From an uncultured Oscillospiraceae bacterium (GTDB lineage: Bacteria; Bacillota; Clostridia; Oscillospirales; Ruminococcaceae), in the NCBI GenBank assembly GCA_964649485.1, contig CAZYRV010000006.1, positions 6,731 to 43,529 of the forward strand: DNA of 36,799 bases, read 5' to 3'. Below, in pieces: positions 26,046 to 34,284 of the stretch. The notes beneath the pieces were generated by a model that worked only from the letters and a program-made list of their open reading frames with translations, was not told the origin of the DNA and did not search any database. The position numbers were made by a program, and so were the translations under genes. How positions within the stretch are numbered: the stretch's first letter is position 1; each line of letters starts with the position of its first letter.

Positions 26046-27395
26046 ATGATAAAACTTAAATCAAAAAAGCTTTCAAGGGAAAAGGTCAGCGCTTACCTTG
26101 ACAAAGCGCTTGAAAACAACCTGTCCGAGCCGATTCAAACAACGGACGACATGAAATTCATCGGCGAAGCATTGGTAAAAGCAAAAGAGCATAACTGCTC
26201 GGTGCATCGCACCATAACCCTCGAGCTTAACACGCTTATGCAGTCGATTATGGAAATGGATTTCGTAAAGCAGATGCTTCTTGAGGTTCAAGAGCAAAAG
26301 CAGATGGTCCAGACAATATCCGCCGCAAGCGAGGAAAGCGCCGCCGCAATCGAGCAGATTTCCGCCCTTGTGCAGGAATCGGTTCAGTTTACGGTAGAAA
26401 CGACTAAGGTCGCCGACGGAGGAAAGACGCTTTCAAAGGAAACTCTTGAGAAAATCCATTCCGCATACGAAAACATAAGCAAGGCGCACAAAATGATTAT
26501 GGAGCTTAATGACGAGGCGAAGGACATAGACTCGCTTATCGCCATAATAAGCTCTGTCGCCGACCAGACGAATATTCTTGCGATAAACGCATCAATTGAG
26601 GCGGCGAGGTCGGGTGCGGCGGGAAGCGGCTTTGCGGTGGTTGCGTCGGAGATAAAAAAGCTTGCGCAAAGCTCTGCCGAATCGGTTAAATACATAGGCG
26701 AAAAGCTTAATGCTATGCAAAGCGGCATTGCCGGCTCGTCGGATTTTATGAAGATTATTTCCGAAAGCTTTGTGATTTGCCGCACGGATATTGACGAGCT
26801 TTTTACAAGCGTTGATAAAATCGACGGCTCTGTCGTCAAAATAAATGAAAATATGCAGCAGATTATGTCAAGCGTGGAGGAGCAAACAGCGGCGGTTGAG
26901 GAAATTTCAAGCTCTCTTGAAAAAATAACCGAAAATGCCGAAAGCCTTCACGAGCATTGCCTGCGCACGGGAAAGGGCTTTTACGATATTTCAGAGGAAA
27001 TAAACCGCTATCGGGCAAGGAATATCGACATGAGCGACTGTGAAAGGGCGGCGGACACAATCAATTATTGCATAACCGACCATCTTCACTGGAAATGGCG
27101 GATTTATAACCTTTTGCTTGGCTATGAAAAGCTTAATGCCGAAGATGTGGGAAATCATCACACCTGCCGCCTCGGAAAATGGATTGAAGCGAACAAAAGC
27201 GTTTATCCAAAGCTTGAGGGGCTTATCCGTGACATGGAAAAGCCGCATTCAGAGCTTCATAAGCTTGCGGGTGAGGCGATTAAGCTTTACAATCAAGGCA
27301 AAAAGCATCAGGCTGATGAAATGCTTGTAAATATTGATATGGCTTCCGCAGAGGTTGTTGTTATTTTAAAGAAAATGCTTGAAATTGTCGGGTAG
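26046..27395 (+). CDS. soluble methyl-accepting chemotaxis protein with a C-terminal CZB (chemoreceptor zinc-binding) domain
   Basis: ATG 26046 follows AAAGGGAG. No TM helix is present. The MCP signalling hairpin core is ADQTNILAINASIEAARSGAAGSGFAVVASEIKKLA. The C-terminus fits the CZB pattern exactly: H346-x2-W, 24 residues, C374-R-L-G-K-W, 21 residues, H401-x3-H405. Confidence 0.85.
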   Translation: MIKLKSKKLSREKVSAYLDKALENNLSEPIQTTDDMKFIGEALVKAKEHNCSVHRTITLELNTLMQSIMEMDFVKQMLLEVQEQKQMVQTISAASEESAAAIEQISALVQESVQFTVETTKVADGGKTLSKETLEKIHSAYENISKAHKMIMELNDEAKDIDSLIAIISSVADQTNILAINASIEAARSGAAGSGFAVVASEIKKLAQSSAESVKYIGEKLNAMQSGIAGSSDFMKIISESFVICRTDIDELFTSVDKIDGSVVKINENMQQIMSSVEEQTAAVEEISSSLEKITENAESLHEHCLRTGKGFYDISEEINRYRARNIDMSDCERAADTINYCITDHLHWKWRIYNLLLGYEKLNAEDVGNHHTCRLGKWIEANKSVYPKLEGLIRDMEKPHSELHKLAGEAIKLYNQGKKHQADEMLVNIDMASAEVVVILKKMLEIVG

Positions 27396-27431
27396 GCTTG
27401 GTTTTCGGCGGCGACGCTTGTTTGAATATAG

Positions 27432-27463
27432 AATTCTCCGCAAGGTTTTGCGGAGAATTTTTT
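27432..27463 (+). terminator. rho-independent terminator after the chemoreceptor gene
   Basis: 12-bp perfect stem AATTCTCCGCAA/TTGCGGAGAATT with loop GGTT, followed by a T-run. Confidence 0.8.
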
Positions 27464-27515
27464 GTTTATACTATTTAAAACGAATTAGTTTTTATGTAAC
27501 ATTCTCACAAAAGGC

Positions 27516-27544
27516 TTGACAAAACAACACCTAAGGGGTATACT
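27516..27544 (+). promoter_or_regulatory. sigma-A-type promoter for copA with a possible CsoR-like box in the spacer
   Basis: TTGACA (27516-27521), a 17-nt spacer, then TATACT (27539-27544). The spacer and -10 contain ACACCTAAGGGGTAT, which resembles the B. subtilis copZA operator ATACCCTACGGGGGTAT. Confidence 0.55.
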
Positions 27545-27593
27545 TTTAATTATAAAGAACATTATGTGGTTTCGGCAAATTCGGAGGTATCAC

Positions 27594-30179
27594 ATGAAGC
27601 AAAAATTTGAAATATCAGGCATGACCTGTTCGGCTTGCTCTGCGGCTGTCGAACGTGCCGTGAAAAAGCTTGACGGTGTTGACGACATAAACGTAAACCT
27701 GCTTGCGAACACAATGACGGCGGATTTAAACGACCCTGCGAAAATTGCTGAGGTTATCGCCGCAATCGAGGGTGCAGGCTATGGCGCTGATGCGGCGGGC
27801 GCAAAAACAGCGCCTAAGCAGGAGGCGGAATCAAGAAAAAGTCACGTTCTGGAAGAGCTTAAGGCGATGAAGGTGAGATTTTTCGTGTCGCTTGTTTTCC
27901 TTGTGCCGCTTATGTATATTTCAATGGGAAGCATGATGGGGCTTCCGCTTCCGGCATTTTTATCGGGACACGCAAACGCCGTTTCCTTCGGCTTTACACA
28001 GCTTTTGCTTACCCTGCCGATTATGTATCTGAACAGGAAATATTATATTGTCGGCTTTAAAACCCTGTTTAAAGGCTCGCCGAATATGGACAGCCTTATC
28101 GCAATCGGCTCCGGTGCGGCGGTTGTGTACGGAATTTACGCAATTTACGGCATGAGCTATGCCTTGGGAATCCACGATATGGAGCTTGTAGGCCAGTATC
28201 ATATGGATTTATATTTTGAGTCGGCGGGAACAATCCTCACGCTTATCACCCTCGGAAAATATCTCGAGGCACGCTCTAAGGCGAAAACCTCCGACGCAAT
28301 AAACCGCCTTATGGAGCTTGCGCCGAAAACCGCAACCGTTATCCGAAACGGCAAAGAGGTTGAGATTCCCGCAGACGAGCTTGTCGTCGGCGACACGGTT
28401 GTCGTGCGGCCGGGGCAGAGCATTCCTTGCGACGGAACAATTCTTGAGGGAACAAGCACGATTGATCAGGCGGCGGTTACGGGGGAAAGCATTCCTGTTG
28501 AAAAGCAGGTCGGCGACCGTGTTATTGCCGCAACCATAAACAAAACAGGCTTTTTGAAATTTAACGCAGAGCGTGTCGGCGAGAACACAACTCTTGCCCA
28601 GATTATACGGCTTGTTGAGGACGCAAATAGTACAAAAGCGCCGATTGCAAGGCTTGCTGACAAAATAAGCGGTGTTTTTGTGCCAGTGGTTATTACAATT
28701 GCCGTTCTTGCGACAATCGTATGGCTTATCGTCGGAAAACCGTTTGATTTTGCGCTTTCAATCGGAATTGCCGTGCTTGTTATTTCCTGCCCTTGCGCTT
28801 TGGGCTTGGCTACACCTGTCGCAATCATGGTCGGCACAGGAAAAGGCGCCGAAAACGGCATACTGATTAAGTCGGGGCAGGCGCTCGAAACCGCCCATAA
28901 AATCAAGGCGATTGTCTTTGACAAAACAGGAACTCTCACAGAGGGAAAGCCTGTCGTAACCGATATTATAACAGCGGGCATCGATGAAAACGGGCTTTTA
29001 GGGCTTGCCTATGCCTTGGAGAAAAAGTCAGAGCACCCGCTTGCGCAGGCAATTTGCGAAAAGGCGGAGGAAAGAGGAATCGCCGAAAGCACTGCCGATG
29101 AATTTACCGCAATTTTCGGTCGGGGAATCAAAGGTACGATAAACGGCAAGCTTTATTTCGGCGGAAACCCCGCTTTGCTTTCCGAAAACGGAATCAGCAC
29201 CGACAATATTGTCCAAAAAGGCGAAAGCCTTGCCGCAGAGGGAAAAACCCCGCTTTATTTTGCTGATGAAAGCAAGGTTTTGGGCATAATCGCCGTCGCA
29301 GATATGCCAAAGCCGACAAGCAGGGCGGCTGTGGAGGAGTTTAAAAGGCTTGGAATCAAGACGATTATGCTTACGGGCGACAACAAAAAAACCGCCGAGG
29401 CAATCCGTGCACGGCTTGGAGTTGATGAGGTCCGTGCAGAGCTTATGCCCGAGGATAAGGAAAAGGAAATCCGTGCCTTACAGGAGGGCGGAAACGCTGT
29501 TGCTATGGTTGGCGACGGCATAAACGACGCACCCGCACTTGCACGTGCCGACGTGGGAATCGCAATCGGCGCAGGCACGGACATTGCCATAGAATCCGCC
29601 GACATCGTGCTTATCAAAAGCGACTTGCTTGACGCTGTGACAGCCGTAAAGCTGAGCCGAGCCGTCATTCGCAACATAAAGCAAAACCTTTTTTGGGCAT
29701 TTTTCTACAATACGCTTGGCATACCGATTGCGGCGGGCGTATTTTATGCCGCATTCAGCCTCAAGCTTGACCCAATGTTTGCGGCGGCGGCAATGAGCTT
29801 AAGCTCTGTTTTCGTTGTCACGAACGCACTTCGGCTTAGATTTTTCAAGACGGAAAAGCCTGCTCTAAATACAGAGCAAGCCGACAATAGCACGGTAAAA
29901 ACTGTTTCAAATGCGGAGCAAGCCGCTTTTATAAAAACCGAAGCTGTAAATATTAAGGAGGAAAATATTATGACAAAAACAATGATGATTGAGGGAATGA
30001 GCTGTGGGCATTGCTCGGCTCGGGTTGAGAAGGCGCTTTCGGCGCTTGACGGAGTAAGCTCTGCCGCCGTAAACCTTGAAGGAAAATCCGCAAAAATAAG
30101 CCTTTCCAAGGACGTAGCCGACGACGTGCTTACAAAAGCGGTTGTTGATGCGGGATATGAGGTTGTTTCGGTCAAGTGA
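27594..30179 (+). CDS. copA: copper-translocating P1B-type ATPase with N- and C-terminal HMA domains
   Basis: ATG 27594 follows GGAGG. Motifs are N-terminal GMTCSACS, TM CPC (SCPCALGLATP), FDKTGTLT and GDGINDAP. A second HMA domain (GMSCGHCS) forms the last ~70 aa. Confidence 0.93.
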   Translation: MKQKFEISGMTCSACSAAVERAVKKLDGVDDINVNLLANTMTADLNDPAKIAEVIAAIEGAGYGADAAGAKTAPKQEAESRKSHVLEELKAMKVRFFVSLVFLVPLMYISMGSMMGLPLPAFLSGHANAVSFGFTQLLLTLPIMYLNRKYYIVGFKTLFKGSPNMDSLIAIGSGAAVVYGIYAIYGMSYALGIHDMELVGQYHMDLYFESAGTILTLITLGKYLEARSKAKTSDAINRLMELAPKTATVIRNGKEVEIPADELVVGDTVVVRPGQSIPCDGTILEGTSTIDQAAVTGESIPVEKQVGDRVIAATINKTGFLKFNAERVGENTTLAQIIRLVEDANSTKAPIARLADKISGVFVPVVITIAVLATIVWLIVGKPFDFALSIGIAVLVISCPCALGLATPVAIMVGTGKGAENGILIKSGQALETAHKIKAIVFDKTGTLTEGKPVVTDIITAGIDENGLLGLAYALEKKSEHPLAQAICEKAEERGIAESTADEFTAIFGRGIKGTINGKLYFGGNPALLSENGISTDNIVQKGESLAAEGKTPLYFADESKVLGIIAVADMPKPTSRAAVEEFKRLGIKTIMLTGDNKKTAEAIRARLGVDEVRAELMPEDKEKEIRALQEGGNAVAMVGDGINDAPALARADVGIAIGAGTDIAIESADIVLIKSDLLDAVTAVKLSRAVIRNIKQNLFWAFFYNTLGIPIAAGVFYAAFSLKLDPMFAAAAMSLSSVFVVTNALRLRFFKTEKPALNTEQADNSTVKTVSNAEQAAFIKTEAVNIKEENIMTKTMMIEGMSCGHCSARVEKALSALDGVSSAAVNLEGKSAKISLSKDVADDVLTKAVVDAGYEVVSVK

Positions 30180-30186
30180 TTTCATC

Positions 30187-30220
30187 AAAAAAGAGAGGGC
30201 TTTTGCTCTCTCTTTTTTTT
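30187..30220. terminator. bidirectional rho-independent terminator between the convergent copA and 30224-30694 genes
   Basis: AAAAAAGAGAGGGC-TTTT-GCTCTCTCTTTTTTTT. An A-run and a T-run flank the stem, so it can terminate in both directions. Confidence 0.75.
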
Positions 30221-30223
30221 ATT

Positions 30224-30694
30224 TTATTGGGAAATAAGCCTTGGCAGGTTTTCGTTGCTTACATTCTTGACATCAAAAACAAAGGTTTTGTCAAGCGAAA
30301 CAGGCTCGCCCTTTCCCTCGTCGGGATAACCAAAGCCCGTAAACGCAATCGAAAGCGTGTCGCCCTCATGCTTTACTGTATAGTCAAGCTTGGCATAGTT
30401 GCTATACTCGGTTGCGACGTCGGTTGCGTATTGCCACACAACATCTGAAAGAGCCGAATAAACAGGCTGTCTATCAAATGTTAAATCGGTCTGGCTTTCA
30501 AAAAAGGGGTAATTTACCGCATATCCGCCCTGGTCAAGCTTTTGGGTATCGGCATTTTCAGTATCCACAAGTATAGCCATATTGTTATACACAAACTTTT
30601 CGGTGTAGATGTGAATAAAAAATAGAGCTGAAGCAATAGCAATTAGAAAAAGTGGTATGCCAATGTATATCAAAAGCTTTTTTGATTTTTTCAC
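30224..30694 (-). CDS. hypothetical membrane-anchored protein
   Basis: GTG start at 30694 lies 6 nt after AGGAGG. It has one N-terminal TM helix (LLIYIGIPLFLIAIASALFFI). No family recognised. Confidence 0.6.
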   Translation of the reverse strand: MKKSKKLLIYIGIPLFLIAIASALFFIHIYTEKFVYNNMAILVDTENADTQKLDQGGYAVNYPFFESQTDLTFDRQPVYSALSDVVWQYATDVATEYSNYAKLDYTVKHEGDTLSIAFTGFGYPDEGKGEPVSLDKTFVFDVKNVSNENLPRLISQ

Positions 30695-30796
30695 GGTTTA
30701 CCTCCTTTATAATTTGACGAAAATTCTGGGGAAATATCTTAAAAATGCTTTTACGCAAGCTGAAAAAGCGTTTTTCACGATATATTCCATGTATAT

Positions 30797-30825
30797 ATTA
30801 TATCCCTTTTGTTGATATATGTTAA
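30797..30825 (-). promoter_or_regulatory. possible promoter for the 30224-30694 gene
   Basis: Minus strand reads TTAACA (30825-30820), a 17-nt spacer, then TATAAT (30802-30797). Confidence 0.4.
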
Positions 30826-30920
30826 CTCATATGCGGAATAAAAGCTGTACAAATTTTCCTTTTTGATTTGTTGATGTTTAACAATATAAGCTTCCCACGC
30901 TTTTATGAATTCTTTATAAC

Positions 30921-30953
30921 AAAAAACCGCCTCGATTATCGCTCGGGGCGGTT
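30921..30953 (-). terminator. rho-independent terminator of the SPFH operon
   Basis: On the minus strand the stem is AACCGCCCCGAG/CTCGAGGCGGTT-like (30925-30934 with 30944-30953), followed by TTTTTT (complement of 30921-30926). Confidence 0.75.
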
Positions 30954-31017
30954 TGGTACTAATCCGTAATTGAAATCCCTGCTGGAAATTTTCTTAAAAT
31001 CAAGATCTAGCATAATG

Positions 31018-32340
31018 TTAAATCTTGTCTTCCTCATTAAACTTATCGCCGCATTCTGGGCAGAATTTAGGAGGATTTGCAGGGTCCGGAGGATTCCAGC
31101 CGCATTTGTTGCAGGAATATTTGCTTGCTGATGGGCGCTGTGCGCCGCATTCCGCACAGAATTTACCGCTGTTTTGCGCACCGCATTTTTCACACTTCCA
31201 GCCGCCGTCAGCAGGTGAGGCATCGGGCTTTGGCTTGCCGCATTCGTGGCAAAAACGGCCTGTGTTGTCCGCACCGCATTCGCATTTCCATGTGTTTTCA
31301 GCGGGCGCTTGCGGCTGAACAGGCTGTGGCGACTGCGGCTGTGTCGGGCCGAATGAGTTCAATATATTTCCGCCCGCCTGATTCGCCATGTCAAAGCCGG
31401 CAAAGCCAACCATTGCGCCGCCGGGGTTTCCGCCTGCTTTTTCAATACCGCTTCCGACCTTGCCCGCCATAAACGCTTTAAGCGTTTTGTCGTCGGACAT
31501 TGTGTCCGCCCAAAGCCTGTCCTTGAGAAGCTCTTGGCTTTTTGCGGAAAGTGTCGGCGGATTTATGCCAATGTTTGAAATTGTGAATCCTCTTGGCTCC
31601 CAGAGAGGTGAAGCGGAGGATTTAACGTTTTCGAGAAGCTGTATTCCTTGGCTTGCAATCATGTTGTAGGACACGCCCTGCCCCGCAAGCATATTAAGCG
31701 CTTGGTTTATCACCGTCATAAACTCGGTTTTGTACTGCTCGTTTCCGAAAATATCAACAACATCAATATCGTCAGAGCTTGTCCCCTTGCCCGCAACCTC
31801 CTTATAAAACTGGACGGCATGAAGCGCATCGGGAATCTTAATTGCAAAGGTGCCGTAAAATCCGATTTCAACCGTTGTATTATATCTCGGGTCGGGGTAA
31901 GGCACGGGCTTGCTTGTGCCGTATTTAATCCCCGGAAGCTCTTGGAGGTTGATATAAACAACCTGCTGTTCGAATGCGGGAGTTCCGCCGAAGGTGAAAC
32001 GTGAAAGCGCATCTTTGAGCGAATCCATAATCTGCCCCGCAAAAATGGACGGTGCGGACGAGCTGTCGTAGGTGTATTGACCCGGCTCTGTGACTATATT
32101 CGTGATTTTGCCGTTGTCAACCGTAAGCATACAGACGTTTTCGGGAACGTTTATTTTCGAGCCGTTGCTGATTACGTTGTCCGTGCCTTTGGTGTTCGAC
32201 GTGCGGCTTGAACCGCTGCTTATTTTCGTGCCTTTTCTCAAAATAACCGTATTATCAATCTCGGGACAGTGGATACCCTCTTTCCACGAATCGCCGAGAG
32301 TTCCGCCGACTGCGGAGGTGAAAGCTTTGATAAGACCCAT
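31018..32340 (-). CDS. SPFH/Band-7 family protein (YdjI/COG4260-like) with three C-terminal zinc ribbons
   Basis: The N-terminus MGLIKAFTSAVGGTLGDSWKE...NTKGTDNVISNGSKI...FTFGG matches the Band_7_1 ('virion core protein-like') family as I remember it. A Gly/Pro/Gln linker follows. It then carries WKCECGADNTGRFCHECG, WKCEKCGAQNSGKFCAECG and YSCNKCG...FCPECG. Confidence 0.8.
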   Translation of the reverse strand: MGLIKAFTSAVGGTLGDSWKEGIHCPEIDNTVILRKGTKISSGSSRTSNTKGTDNVISNGSKINVPENVCMLTVDNGKITNIVTEPGQYTYDSSSAPSIFAGQIMDSLKDALSRFTFGGTPAFEQQVVYINLQELPGIKYGTSKPVPYPDPRYNTTVEIGFYGTFAIKIPDALHAVQFYKEVAGKGTSSDDIDVVDIFGNEQYKTEFMTVINQALNMLAGQGVSYNMIASQGIQLLENVKSSASPLWEPRGFTISNIGINPPTLSAKSQELLKDRLWADTMSDDKTLKAFMAGKVGSGIEKAGGNPGGAMVGFAGFDMANQAGGNILNSFGPTQPQSPQPVQPQAPAENTWKCECGADNTGRFCHECGKPKPDASPADGGWKCEKCGAQNSGKFCAECGAQRPSASKYSCNKCGWNPPDPANPPKFCPECGDKFNEEDKI

Positions 32341-32355
32341 GATGAACCCCTTTCG

Positions 32356-33093
32356 TTATTTCTGCTTGACTGGCAAGACCTCGCTTACCTGCCAAATTCT
32401 TGATGAAATTGCGGTTATACCGCTTCCGCAGTATTCGCAGAATATATTGTCGCCGACAGCGGACACAGGTGCGCCGCAGTTCGGACAATTGCTTGCGTAG
32501 ACGGACTGGTTTCCGTCGAGATAATCGTCCTGATTATAGGCGAGAGCAACAGCATAAACCGCTTGAACAAGCCGTTTATCAGCCTTTTTTCCGTCCTTCG
32601 AATAATACTGAACAGAAATTTCAAACCTTGCCGTTGCGGTTTTCGCCGTCGTGTTAAAGCTTGAGATGACACATTTATGAATGCTTACGTCCTCGAAATC
32701 AAGCCGCCGTCCGTTCTGGCGGTTGACCTCGATTTGCGCCGCAAGCTTTGGCTTGTACATTGCGCAATTTATTGTGAGAAAATCCGTGCTTTCCTTTTCA
32801 AGGCATTCAAACGTCTGAAGCAGGGCGGTTTTTGCCATTGAAAGCATTTCGTCAAAGCCCATTTCGGGGAATTTTTTCTCGATTTCAAGCTTGTAAAGGG
32901 CGCTCATATCGTGGACGGGAAGCGCCTTTGTGTTGGCGATATCCTTTTTAAACTCATTTCCCAACCATTCAAGCGAAATGCCCATATTGCTTTTGAGAAA
33001 GCGGTCCGCCCTGTGCTTTAAAACTACTATGACGATTAAAAGCCCGACGACAACTGCGATAATTACGCCGAAAAAAATCAGAATCCCGCCCAT
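32356..33093 (-). CDS. single-pass membrane protein with a Tim44-like domain and a zinc ribbon (paralog of the upstream gene)
   Basis: Start ATG 33093 (MGGILIFFGVIIAVVVGLLIVIVVL...) lies 1 nt after the upstream stop (TGAtATG). The C-terminal ribbon is CPNCGAPVSAVGDNIFCEYCGS. The ORF-track start at 33261 would overlap the upstream gene by 166 nt in a low-complexity frame. Confidence 0.7.
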   Translation of the reverse strand: MGGILIFFGVIIAVVVGLLIVIVVLKHRADRFLKSNMGISLEWLGNEFKKDIANTKALPVHDMSALYKLEIEKKFPEMGFDEMLSMAKTALLQTFECLEKESTDFLTINCAMYKPKLAAQIEVNRQNGRRLDFEDVSIHKCVISSFNTTAKTATARFEISVQYYSKDGKKADKRLVQAVYAVALAYNQDDYLDGNQSVYASNCPNCGAPVSAVGDNIFCEYCGSGITAISSRIWQVSEVLPVKQK

Positions 33094-33094
33094 A

Positions 33095-34189
33095 TCAGTT
33101 ACCGTTTGGCTTATCGTCGGTATTTCCTGTTTCGCCGCTTGAATCGCCGCCGCTTGTGCCGCCGCCGACATAGCCCATGCCGCCGCCGTTGTTATTATTT
33201 CCGCCGTTGTTGTCGTAGAGGTCGGCGCCTGAAATTCCCTCGTCGGGTGTGTTTTGGTCAAAAACGCCGAAGTCGCTTAAAACCCAGCTGTACTGTCCGG
33301 TTGTGACGACAGAGCCGCAATATTCACACTTTCCGCTTGAGCTTATTTCAAGGGGAGCGCCGCAGTTCGGGCAGTTATGGCCCTTTTCCTCGCCTGTGGC
33401 GGTGTTCGTTTTCACGTCAACAGAGCGCATAAACTTCATACGATAGTGCATAGGCCAGCGTGTGGTTTTATCGCCCCTGACAACCGCCCCCGTGTCCTCG
33501 TTTATGTGATATTCTACAAATTTAGAAAAAAGATAAACGGTTATGTATTCGTATTGCGCATCACGGCTGTAGCTTGTCATGTAAGCGCTGTTTACGGCAA
33601 TGTTTTCAAGCACGGTTTTAATTTTATTCTTGATTTTTGCCTCAATCTGCTTTTGGCTCATATTATAAAGATTTTCGTGGAAAACAGGGCGGACAACGCT
33701 TAAATCACGGTCGCACCAAGCCTGCTGGATATCCATATAAACCGATTTAGTAAAGCTTATAAAGTCGTCCGCCGAAAAATTCGGGTCGTGCCGCTTGATT
33801 ATGCCTTCAATCTGAACAGTTCGGTCGGGGATTGCCCTGTTGTTCAGGTTTGAGGGCAAGGGCTTATTATTTGAAAGCTTTCCTGATTTGGAAAGAATGA
33901 CAAGCACGATAATAACAACAATAACAATGACGGAAATTCCCGATGAAAAGCCGCCTCCGCTTCCTCCGTTGTAATCGTCGTCATCGTCGTCCCATGCGAC
34001 AAAGCCGCCTCCGCCGCCGTCCCAGTCGCCTCCGCCGCCCCAATCTCCGCCGCCTCCGCCAAAGTCGTTATGGTCGCCGAAAAGCGGCTTTGCTCCGTCG
34101 GAAAAAGATGAAGAAATCGCCGAAACCGAAAGCGCCGCAAGGGAAAATGCCAGAATTGCTGTGATTATAAAGCTGATAAGCTTTTTCAT
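33095..34189 (-). CDS. membrane protein with a Gly/Asp/Trp-rich ectoloop, a Tim44-like domain, a zinc ribbon and a Gly/Asn tail
   Basis: AAGGAGGG precedes ATG 34189. It has a signal/TM helix, a GGGGGDWGGGGDWDGGGGGFVAWDDDDDDY loop and a second TM helix. The Tim44-like pattern is FSADDFISFTKSVYMDIQQAWCDRDL...YITVYL...EDTGAVVRGD. It ends with CPNCGAPLEISSSGKCEYCGS. Confidence 0.75.
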   Translation of the reverse strand: MKKLISFIITAILAFSLAALSVSAISSSFSDGAKPLFGDHNDFGGGGGDWGGGGDWDGGGGGFVAWDDDDDDYNGGSGGGFSSGISVIVIVVIIVLVILSKSGKLSNNKPLPSNLNNRAIPDRTVQIEGIIKRHDPNFSADDFISFTKSVYMDIQQAWCDRDLSVVRPVFHENLYNMSQKQIEAKIKNKIKTVLENIAVNSAYMTSYSRDAQYEYITVYLFSKFVEYHINEDTGAVVRGDKTTRWPMHYRMKFMRSVDVKTNTATGEEKGHNCPNCGAPLEISSSGKCEYCGSVVTTGQYSWVLSDFGVFDQNTPDEGISGADLYDNNGGNNNNGGGMGYVGGGTSGGDSSGETGNTDDKPNGN

Positions 34190-34284
34190 ACACCCTCCTT
34201 TAAGGCTTTAGAAAGCCGCCGCAAGCGTTTTGTTTAAGAGAAAATCAATTTGGAGATTTATTTATATAGAGTTATTTACGTATA

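Noticed and set aside
26046-30179. The MCP-CZB gene and copA as one metal-responsive operon.
   Set aside because: A strong terminator (27432-27463) and a separate promoter (27516-27544) lie between them. Adjacency alone does not support co-transcription.
31025-31472. Plus-strand ORFs 31025-31318 and 31077-31472, opposite the SPFH gene tail.
   Set aside because: They are produced by the repetitive GC-rich zinc-ribbon coding repeats on the other strand and have no start context.
33094-33261. N-terminal extension of the second Tim44-like gene to ATG 33261.
   Set aside because: It would overlap the upstream gene by 166 nt and encode a Thr/Ala low-complexity stretch. That stretch comes from the other frame of the Gly-rich tail. 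ATG 33093, 1 nt after the upstream stop, starts directly at the TM helix.
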